A stretch of DNA of 64,000 bases from Aggregatilinea sp. Lineage in GTDB: Bacteria > Chloroflexota > Anaerolineae > Aggregatilineales > Aggregatilineaceae. The first letter of the stretch is position 1, and each line of letters begins with the position of its first letter. The translations under genes and the position numbers were made by a program. The stretch lies in the NCBI RefSeq assembly GCF_036822615.1, contig NZ_DAISHJ010000015.1, positions 7,658-71,657 on the forward strand. The letters are read 5' to 3'. Under the pieces are notes generated by a model. The model did no database searches. It saw nothing but the letters and a program-made list of their open reading frames with translations, and was not told the origin of the DNA. Shown here piece after piece: positions 27,842 to 35,495 of this stretch.

Positions 27842-30800
27842 TCAGTCGCAGTTGGGATTGGCGATGCGCGGCAGCGCCACCGTTACGGTCGTTCCGCTCC
27901 CGTTCTCGCTTGTTAGCTCGATCGAGCCGTCGAGCAAGGTCACCAGCTTTTTGACGACGGTCAGCCCCACCCCGGTTCCCTCATAGGAGACGGCATTGCT
28001 GGCGCGGTAGAAGACTTCCCAGACGAGGTTCTGCTCCTCCAGCGGGATGCCGATGCCCTCGTCGCGGATCTCGATCGTGACGTCGTGGTCGCTGGCACTC
28101 AAAGCTATCGTGATGGGAGTATTGGCCGGAGAGAACTTATCGGCGTTAGTCAGCAGGCTCCTGATGATCTGCTGCACCAGCCGTTCGTCGCTGCACATCG
28201 ACAGCGGCGCGTGCGTGCTCGAAAGCTCAATGTGCCGGGGTACATCGAGCGTATGGTTGACCGCTGCGATCACGCTCTGGGTGATGTCGATCAGGTCGTA
28301 GCGGTTTGCGGCGATCTTTTGTTCGGTGTTGCTGAACTGGTGGAACGTGAGCACGTCGCCCACGAGATGCGTCATGCGCTTGATGCCGTTTTGCATCTGC
28401 TCGATTTCTTCGAGTTTTTCTTCCGGCGACAGCCGGTCCCCATATCGCAGCAGCAGGTCCGCCGATGTTTGCATGAGCGACAGCGATGTCCGCAGCTCGT
28501 GGGACGAGACCGTCACCAGCCGCGACATCGCCTCGTTGAGTTCCGTTTCGCGCTGAAGGGTCTGGTGCAGGTGCGCTTCCATCTGCTTGCGCAAACTGAT
28601 GTCGCGGAAGCTGCACACGACCCGCGAGACGCTGCCGTCAAGATCGATGATCGGGGACAGCGCGAGGTCCGCCTGGCAGGTCGAGCCTTCGCTCACGACC
28701 ATATCGATTTCAAGCCGCCCGGGCACTCTGCCTTCAATAACCGCCTTTAGCGCTTCGGACAGGACGCCGCGTTGGCTGGGCGCAATCAGGTCGGTGATGG
28801 GGATGTTCGGGCCGGAAAGGCGGCTCAGGAACCGCAGCGCCGCCGTATTGTTGTGACGCACGAATCCGGCGGGCGAAACGAGCAGGATCGCATCGCTGCT
28901 GCTGTTGAGGATCGCCTCCATTTCCTCTTTTTTACGATGCAAATCCAGCGTGCGCCGCTGCACGCGCGATTCCAGTTCTTCGGCGTGCAGGCTCACCTGG
29001 GCGAAAAGCTGCGCGTTCTGGATGGCAAGGGCCGCCTCGTCGGCAAACACTTGCAGCCGCTCGCTGTGCTTCTGGGTGTAGAAATTCGGTTGGAAGCTGT
29101 CGAGATTGATGAAGCCGATGACCTGCTCGCCGATCTGGATCGGGGCGCTGGCGTAGGATCGGATCGGGTACAGAATGCCCGGCAGCGTCTTCCAGATCTC
29201 CGAATGCATGGTGTCGGGGATGATCATGGGCCGGTGTGTTTGGGCCATCTGCTCCAGGTTGCCTGTGCCATAAACAGGCAGGCGCAGGTGGTTGAACGCG
29301 TCCACGATATCTGCCGTATAGCCGTGCCAGTACGCGATTTGTACGTAGCCGTCCTCGATGAGCATGATGTTGGCCGCGTCGGAAGGCACGACGCTTTCCA
29401 CGGATTCGAGGATCTTGTGCATCACGTCGTCGAGATCGAGCGTGCTGTTGAGCGTCGCGGCAACCTGCCGCAGCGCTTCGACCAGGGCGCGACCTTCGCG
29501 TTCGGCGGTATACAACTGGGCGTTATGGATGGCGGTCGCCGCTTCTTCAGCGAAGATCTGCAGCGGCTCGATCTGTCGTTCGTTGAAAAAGTTGGGCGTA
29601 TAGCCGTCCAGGTTGATGAACCCGAGCGTTTCGCCGTTGACCTGGATCGGCGTGCTCAGGTACGAGCGCACGCGGCTGAACTCGACCGGCACATCTTCCC
29701 ATTCCGGTATCTCGGTGGTGTCCGCGATGAGCATTGGTGTGCTCGTGCGCATCATCTCGGCCAGGGTCGTTTTCCCTGTCACAGCCAGTGACACATCAGA
29801 GAGTCTGGAATGAATTTCGGGGGCGTAGCCGCGTCCATGAACGATCCTGGCGTGATCGCCTTCAAGCAGCATGATGTTGGCCGTGTCGTAGGGCGTGATC
29901 TTTTCCAGCAGTTCCAGGATGGAGTGTAGCACTTCGTTCAAATCGAGCGTGCTGTTGAGCTTTGTCGCAATCTCGCGCAGCGCTTCAACCAGAAGGTGCC
30001 CCTCACGCTCGGCGTTATAGAGAGTCGCATTTCTGGCCGCGATGGCAACCTGATCGGCGAACGCCTGCAAACGCTCGGCGTGCACGCTGTCGAAAATGCC
30101 CGGCGTGGCGCTGTCCACGTTCAGCAGCCCGATTACGTCTTCCCCGGCGCAGATCGGGACGATCATGTGCGACCGGATCCAATCGAGGTTGGGCCGGAGC
30201 ACCCATCCGGGATCGGTTCGAGTATCCCCGATGTACTGGGTCTGGCGGGTGGTGATGGCCTTATACATATGGGGAAGCTGGTCGATCTCGAAGGAGATGC
30301 CCGCCAGCGTGTCGGTGGAGCTGTCTTCGTTGCGCTGGATGCTGCGCACGACGCGCGCGATCCCGCCCTCGATCAGCATGATGTTGGCCGAGTCGAGGGG
30401 CACCACCCGCTGCACGTTAGCCAGCAGCCGGTCGAAGATGATGTCCAGGTCGAACGTGCTGGACAGCAGCACGTTTGCGTCGCGCAGGGCTTCCGCCAGC
30501 ACGCGCTGTTCCTGCTCCTGTTCTTTTGCAAGGATGTGTTCGGTGTTGTCGCGCAGCGTGCCTTCGAGCAGCACGGGCGACACGCCGGGCTCGGTGAGGA
30601 TGCGCAGGCGCTGTGTCATCCAGATGATCGCCCCGTCTTTGCGTTGCACGCGGAACGAGTCGAACGCCGTGGCGTCCCCGCTCAGGATGGCCGCCGTGAT
30701 CTTGATGCGATCGTCCGGCAGTGTGCGCTGAAAGAGCAGGTGCGGGTTTTCGATCCACTCCTCAGGCGTGAACCCGGTGAGCGTGGTGACGGCGGAGTTT

Positions 30801-31552
30801 ACGTATTCGATGTGGATGTCGCTGTCGATCCGCGCGCGGAAAATGACGTCCGGCGAGGATTCGATAATCTGGTGGTAATCAATTGCGCCAGCCGGTGTGT
30901 TTTGCGCCGGTTGGACCGCCGGTGCGCCCATATCGTCGGCGCTGTCCGGTGCGGGCGTGTGGGTTTCCGGGGATGCTTCCACCTGTACCGGGGCGAACAG
31001 ACCGGTTTCGTGTAAGGGGATCGCGGGCGGCTCCAGTGTCAGGTCGGTTGGCGCGGATTCCCCCGAGGCGGTTGGCGTGGGCAGGGCGTGGGCCGCGAGA
31101 AGATCCGTCCGCGCGGCATGGTAGCGGCAGCGGGCCATGCTGGTCACCAGCGCATGACGCAGCTTGGCGAAGGTGACGTCCTGCCTGGAAAGCACTTCGT
31201 CCGCGCCCAGTGCGATCGCCAGCAGTCCGGCGGCTTCGTCGTTTGTGGCGCTCAGCACGACCAGTGCGGCATCCGGCCAGGTGAGCCGCGTTTGAACGAT
31301 CACCGTGCGTACCGCTTCCGTCAGGATGTCCAGAGAGAGTATGACGGCGGCGACTGGCTTTCCCGCCGTCAGCGTTCGCGCCGCGCGGATAGAGTCGGCG
31401 GCATCGACGTGCAGGGTTGAACCTTCCAGCTTTTGGAGATGCTCTAACAGGCGTGCGCGCTCTGCGACGTCAACGGCGATGATGAGAATGCGCGTTTGGT
31501 TGCTTGCGGTGGTTTGCCCCTGGGTGTTCTGAAGGCGGTTCGGTTGGGTCAT
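27842..31552 (-). CDS. Large multidomain sensor histidine kinase: receiver-like N-terminus, PAS, three tandem GAF, PAS, HisKA, HATPase_c
   Basis: H-box SHELRTSLS, plus the N and G boxes (LLTNADKFS, DEGIGIP, GTGVGLTVVKKLV). The linker ...LY.AEREG..LVEALR...LNSTLDL is repeated before each GAF. ATG 31552 is preferred over the track TTG at 31600. Confidence 0.85.
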   Translation of the reverse strand: MTQPNRLQNTQGQTTASNQTRILIIAVDVAERARLLEHLQKLEGSTLHVDAADSIRAARTLTAGKPVAAVILSLDILTEAVRTVIVQTRLTWPDAALVVLSATNDEAAGLLAIALGADEVLSRQDVTFAKLRHALVTSMARCRYHAARTDLLAAHALPTPTASGESAPTDLTLEPPAIPLHETGLFAPVQVEASPETHTPAPDSADDMGAPAVQPAQNTPAGAIDYHQIIESSPDVIFRARIDSDIHIEYVNSAVTTLTGFTPEEWIENPHLLFQRTLPDDRIKITAAILSGDATAFDSFRVQRKDGAIIWMTQRLRILTEPGVSPVLLEGTLRDNTEHILAKEQEQEQRVLAEALRDANVLLSSTFDLDIIFDRLLANVQRVVPLDSANIMLIEGGIARVVRSIQRNEDSSTDTLAGISFEIDQLPHMYKAITTRQTQYIGDTRTDPGWVLRPNLDWIRSHMIVPICAGEDVIGLLNVDSATPGIFDSVHAERLQAFADQVAIAARNATLYNAEREGHLLVEALREIATKLNSTLDLNEVLHSILELLEKITPYDTANIMLLEGDHARIVHGRGYAPEIHSRLSDVSLAVTGKTTLAEMMRTSTPMLIADTTEIPEWEDVPVEFSRVRSYLSTPIQVNGETLGFINLDGYTPNFFNERQIEPLQIFAEEAATAIHNAQLYTAEREGRALVEALRQVAATLNSTLDLDDVMHKILESVESVVPSDAANIMLIEDGYVQIAYWHGYTADIVDAFNHLRLPVYGTGNLEQMAQTHRPMIIPDTMHSEIWKTLPGILYPIRSYASAPIQIGEQVIGFINLDSFQPNFYTQKHSERLQVFADEAALAIQNAQLFAQVSLHAEELESRVQRRTLDLHRKKEEMEAILNSSSDAILLVSPAGFVRHNNTAALRFLSRLSGPNIPITDLIAPSQRGVLSEALKAVIEGRVPGRLEIDMVVSEGSTCQADLALSPIIDLDGSVSRVVCSFRDISLRKQMEAHLHQTLQRETELNEAMSRLVTVSSHELRTSLSLMQTSADLLLRYGDRLSPEEKLEEIEQMQNGIKRMTHLVGDVLTFHQFSNTEQKIAANRYDLIDITQSVIAAVNHTLDVPRHIELSSTHAPLSMCSDERLVQQIIRSLLTNADKFSPANTPITIALSASDHDVTIEIRDEGIGIPLEEQNLVWEVFYRASNAVSYEGTGVGLTVVKKLVTLLDGSIELTSENGSGTTVTVALPRIANPNCD

Positions 31553-31845
31553 GCGCCTGACACTTTCGGCACTACGCCTTAACGAAGGAACGGGCGACAA
31601 AGAAAGGTGCTATCCCAATAAAGCGGATGATGGCGCTCGGCGTATGTTGTAAGGAAAGTGCAGCTCGTACAGAGGTCCGTCTTTCAACCGAGATCTTTCG
31701 TATGATAATGCCAGTTTATCAGAGGAAAATGGTTTTAAAATAAAACGGAAATAAATATGTCGAAATGAATTGTTAGGAGTTTAATCATTTCGCCCTATAT
31801 TGTAAGTTTGTAGGTAAGGGGGCAAGTGGAATCGAACGCCAAAGC

Positions 31846-31970
31846 GTGTTATGCGCTTTTAGAGCGAGAAAACAGGTTCCCGCCTCACTCGTTATCTGGA
31901 GATCCGTAGGGGCGGGGCTTGCACCGCGCGTTATTTCCCGGGGTTCCCGCGCAACAGGGCTGCGTGGGGG
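31846..31970 (+). repeat. Mosaic intergenic repeat, copy 2
   Basis: GTGTTATGCGCTTTTAGAGCGAGAAAACAGGTTCCCGCCTCACTCGTTA..GATCCGTAGGGGCGGGGCTTGC...CGGGGTTCCCGCGCAACAGGGCTGCGTGGGG. Confidence 0.75.
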
Positions 31971-31995
31971 AAGGGGGGCTGCAAGTGCTAACGCG

Positions 31996-32646
31996 CTAGC
32001 CCGATTCCTGCCCGCGACGGTCCGGCAGCGGTAGGAGTCCGCTGAAGATCAGCTTTGCGATCTCTTCCGTAAGCCGGTCGGGATTGGCCCACAACGTTTG
32101 GATGTTTTCGTCGCCCAGCAGCGCCATGACTTCCAGCCCCAACCCTAGCGCGCCCAGCAAACTCACCAGGATCGGCACATTGGCCACGTCGATCTGTCCG
32201 CGTTCTGCGCGCAGTTGGAAGTGTTCTTCCAGGTCGCGCATGGCCGGGATCATGATCTGCTGGCGATACCGCTCGCGCAGATCGGGCGTGCTGAGGATCT
32301 CCGGTAAGACGGCGTGCAAAAACGCCTGCTGTTCCTGAAGGATCGAGAATCGCTGGCTGATCAGGGTGACAAACGCCTGCCGTGCATCGACGTCCAGCAT
32401 CCGGTCATAGAGTTCTAGCCGCCCCCGCAGATCGGCTAGCCGGTCGATCAGGCTCAACAGCAGATCGTCCTTGCTCTCGAAGTAGTTGTAGATCGTGCCT
32501 TCGGCCACGTCCGCCGCCTCGGCGATCTCTTTCGTCGTTGCACGATGAAACCCTTTTTCCGCGAAGACTTTCGCCGCGGCTTCCAGAATTTCCGCTTTAC
32601 GTTTAGCCGCGCGCCGTTCCTGGCGCGTGAGCGATTTCGAATCCAT
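31996..32646 (-). CDS. TetR/AcrR-family transcriptional regulator
   Basis: The HTH is FAEKGFHRATTKEIAEAADVAEGTIYNYF. It is divergent from the MMPL gene. Confidence 0.9.
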   Translation of the reverse strand: MDSKSLTRQERRAAKRKAEILEAAAKVFAEKGFHRATTKEIAEAADVAEGTIYNYFESKDDLLLSLIDRLADLRGRLELYDRMLDVDARQAFVTLISQRFSILQEQQAFLHAVLPEILSTPDLRERYRQQIMIPAMRDLEEHFQLRAERGQIDVANVPILVSLLGALGLGLEVMALLGDENIQTLWANPDRLTEEIAKLIFSGLLPLPDRRGQESG

Positions 32647-32748
32647 GAGCGCAACCTCCCAGATGGCTTGTGTTTTTGTGTGTTTTAAAATACTATTTAG
32701 GTACTGCTAAAAAGTAATTTCAACGACACGCCCCTAATTTTTAGGGGG

Positions 32749-32778
32749 TTGACTTTCATATCGTAACCGCCATAAAAT
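32749..32778 (+). promoter_or_regulatory. Sigma70-like promoter TTGACT-18 nt-TAAAAT for the MMPL gene
   Basis: Read directly in the AT-rich TetR-MMPL divergent region. Confidence 0.5.
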
Positions 32779-32811
32779 GAGTTGATGCTCAAAAAATGAG
32801 CATATACTCAT
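32777..32811. promoter_or_regulatory. Two tandem ATGAG-N6-CTCA(T) pseudo-palindromes (candidate TetR operators)
   Basis: AAAATGAGTTGATGCTCAAAA and AAAATGAGCATATACTCATAA are adjacent and overlap or follow the -10. Confidence 0.45.
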
Positions 32812-32852
32812 AATAGCACAGCGCCTGTGTTTTTGCATCTCAGGAGGTGGTC

Positions 32853-35399
32853 ATGTTCCGAATCCTTGGCCGCATTGCAACTCAATATCGCGTTCCGATC
32901 ATCCTGACCTGGATCGCGTTGGCTGTGACTTTGTCGGTTGTCGCACCTAGTTTGGAGGACGTGGGCACGTCCGATCAGCGCGATTTTCTGCCCGATAATG
33001 CGCCTTTCGCGCAGGCGGAGCAGCTATACCAGGAAGCCTTCCCCGAAAACTTTTCGCCCAGCAGCGGCATCATCCTCGTAGACAGCGGCGCGGCCAACGG
33101 GATCGCCGCCGGGACCCCGGCCTGGCAGTATATGGATACGCTGACGGCCTGGCTGAACAGCGATGCCGCGCCGGATAACGTCCTCGATGCGAGTTCGCCC
33201 ACGCTCGATCCGGCGATCGCCGCGCGGCTGGTGTCGGACGACGCGCGTTATGCCCTGATCCTGTTCGGGCTGACCACCTCCGACGCGGACAAGGCCACCA
33301 TCGATACCGTGAAATCCGTCGATGACTGGATCGATGCCAATCCGCCTCGGGACGGGGTCGCCGTGTACCATACCGGTCAGGCGAAAATCAACGTCGAGAG
33401 CGACGAGGTAACGTTTGAGACGCTCGACCAGACGTTGATAATCACCGTCGCGTTGATCATCATCTTCCTGCTGGCGATCTACCGCTCGCCTGTCAGCCCG
33501 TTGATCCCGTTGTTCACCGTGACGCTGGCGCTGCTGGTGGCGACAGGGCTGCTCGGCTTCCTCGGTGACGCGGGGGCGATCACCATCATCAGCCAGATGA
33601 GCGTGTTTCTGATCGTGGTGATGTACGGCGCGGGCACGGATTACTGCCTGTTCCTGATCAGCCGCTTCCGCGAGGAAATGGCCGAGACGCACGACGTCAC
33701 TGCCGCTACAAAAGATACAGTGTACCGGGTCGGAGAGACGATTTCCAGCAGCGCCGCGACGATCGTCGTCGGGTTCACGGCGATGGCGTTTTCCGAGATG
33801 AGCGTGTTCGCCAACACCGGCCCGATGCTTGCCGTCGGCGTCGTGGTGGGGCTGCTGGCAGGGCTGACGCTGACACCTGCCCTGCTCTCGCTGCTGGGCG
33901 AGCGCGCCTTCTGGCCGAACAAGGCGCAGCACCGTGCCCACGGGCGCTGGTACGATTTCACCTCGCGGCAGGTGAGTTCGCACTCGCTGGTGACCATCCT
34001 CGTGATCGTGGCGATCATGGTCCCCCTTGGCCTCTACGGTCTGACGCGCGACGTGACGTACGAGTTCATGGAGGATTACCCGGACGATCTCGAATCTGTG
34101 CAGGGCTATCACCTGCTCGAAGACAACTTTGGCGGCGGCCTGCTTTACCCGCTGACCGTCGTGGCGGCGGATCGCTCGCCCGAGGCGATGGCGGCCCAGA
34201 TGGTGAATCTCTCGCACGATCTGGCGCAGATCGACGGCGTGGATGACGTGTTCAGCCTGAACAATCCGCTCGGCCTGCACAGCGACCAGTACCAGAACGT
34301 GCTGCGCGTCGATACGCAGCTTCAGATCGCGCTGGGCATGGTGGGACAGGCGCTGCAAAGCGGCGACGTGCAGCAGATCGACGGCACGATCGCGGGGACG
34401 CTCGATTACCTGGACCGGCTGGCGGCGCACTTCCCCGACGTCGCGGACGATCCCGACTTGGCGCAGCTGCAGACGGTTCTGGGCGGCGGCGCGGACTCGA
34501 TCGCGGCCAGCCAGGATGAGATGAACGCGGCGGCGGCGTCCCTGGCAGCGCGGTTGGGGGCGCTCGATAACCCGACCATGCTGCTCAGCGAGGGCGGCCC
34601 GCTGTTCGAGCAGTTCGGGCAGGTGGCGGCGGCCTATCTGGCGCGCGATGGCCGCGCCTTCCAGATGTCCGTGACGCTGGCAGACGAGCCGGGCACGGAG
34701 CGCTCGTTCGAGACCATCGGCAGAATCCGTGACGTGCTGGACCGCTATGAAAGTGATGGACCGACGGGCGTCAGCGGTACGGCGGTCGTGATTGCGGACA
34801 TCCGCGACACCATCCAGCGCGATCTCGTTCAGGCTTTCGGATTCGTCCTGGTCGGCATCTTCATCGTGCTGCTGATCATGCTGCGCAGCGCCGTCGCGCC
34901 GCTCTATCTGATCTGTACGGTCGTGCTCAGCTACACGTTTACGTTGGGCGTCACGAGCCTCGTGTTCGATGTGTTCTTCGACACGCCCAAGCTGTCGTTT
35001 TTCGTGCCCTTCATGATGTTCGTCTTCCTGGTGGCGCTCGGCATCGACTACAGCATCTTTCTGTTCGGGCGCATCAAGGAGGAAGTGGGCAACCACGGCA
35101 TTCACGAGGGTGTGCACGTCGCGGTCGCCACGACCGGCGCGATCATCACCTCGGCGGGCATGATCCTGGCGGGCACGTTCGGCGGCCTGATGGCGGGCGA
35201 GATCAAGTTCCTGGCCGAGATCGGGTTCGCGGTGGCGTTCGGTGTGCTGGTGGATACGTTCGTCGTGCGCACGGTCCTCGATCCGGCGCTGGCGGCGCTG
35301 TTCGGGCGCTGGACGTGGTGGCCGGGCGGTGTGCCCAAAGCGCAGCCGCGCGTTTCCTCCGCGCCCGCGGTCACGGCGTCGAGCGACGCCTCGAAGTAG
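32853..35399 (+). CDS. MMPL-family (RND superfamily) membrane transporter
   Basis: Two 6-TM bundles with large loops. The DYCLFLISRFREE and DYSIFLFGRIKEE motifs are typical of MMPL proteins. An AGGAGG SD lies 5 nt before ATG 32853. Confidence 0.9.
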   Translation: MFRILGRIATQYRVPIILTWIALAVTLSVVAPSLEDVGTSDQRDFLPDNAPFAQAEQLYQEAFPENFSPSSGIILVDSGAANGIAAGTPAWQYMDTLTAWLNSDAAPDNVLDASSPTLDPAIAARLVSDDARYALILFGLTTSDADKATIDTVKSVDDWIDANPPRDGVAVYHTGQAKINVESDEVTFETLDQTLIITVALIIIFLLAIYRSPVSPLIPLFTVTLALLVATGLLGFLGDAGAITIISQMSVFLIVVMYGAGTDYCLFLISRFREEMAETHDVTAATKDTVYRVGETISSSAATIVVGFTAMAFSEMSVFANTGPMLAVGVVVGLLAGLTLTPALLSLLGERAFWPNKAQHRAHGRWYDFTSRQVSSHSLVTILVIVAIMVPLGLYGLTRDVTYEFMEDYPDDLESVQGYHLLEDNFGGGLLYPLTVVAADRSPEAMAAQMVNLSHDLAQIDGVDDVFSLNNPLGLHSDQYQNVLRVDTQLQIALGMVGQALQSGDVQQIDGTIAGTLDYLDRLAAHFPDVADDPDLAQLQTVLGGGADSIAASQDEMNAAAASLAARLGALDNPTMLLSEGGPLFEQFGQVAAAYLARDGRAFQMSVTLADEPGTERSFETIGRIRDVLDRYESDGPTGVSGTAVVIADIRDTIQRDLVQAFGFVLVGIFIVLLIMLRSAVAPLYLICTVVLSYTFTLGVTSLVFDVFFDTPKLSFFVPFMMFVFLVALGIDYSIFLFGRIKEEVGNHGIHEGVHVAVATTGAIITSAGMILAGTFGGLMAGEIKFLAEIGFAVAFGVLVDTFVVRTVLDPALAALFGRWTWWPGGVPKAQPRVSSAPAVTASSDASK

Positions 35400-35429
35400 G
35401 ATCTGCGATCGGGGCAAGAGGCGGCAATA

Positions 35430-35461
35430 CAGCGGCCAGGTGGGGGACTGCCTGGCCGCTG
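35430..35461. terminator. 11-bp perfect hairpin between the convergent MMPL and ABC permease genes
   Basis: CAGCGGCCAGG-tgggggactg-CCTGGCCGCTG. Confidence 0.6.
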
Positions 35462-35495
35462 AGTCATGTAATTCGGGGGGTGATGGTCTTCGCGC

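Noticed and set aside
31826-31846. Possible tRNA gene (TTCGATTCC T-loop-like motif on the minus strand); a similar GGTTCGATCCCC lies at 3978-3990
   Set aside because: I could not build T-stem, acceptor or anticodon arms from the flanking sequence, so at most these are fragments. The first is kept only as part of the AT-rich island finding.
33024-35417. 797-aa ORF on the minus strand
   Set aside because: It is antisense to the MMPL transporter. It is an Arg/His/Asp-rich low-complexity translation, whereas the plus strand encodes coherent TM helices.
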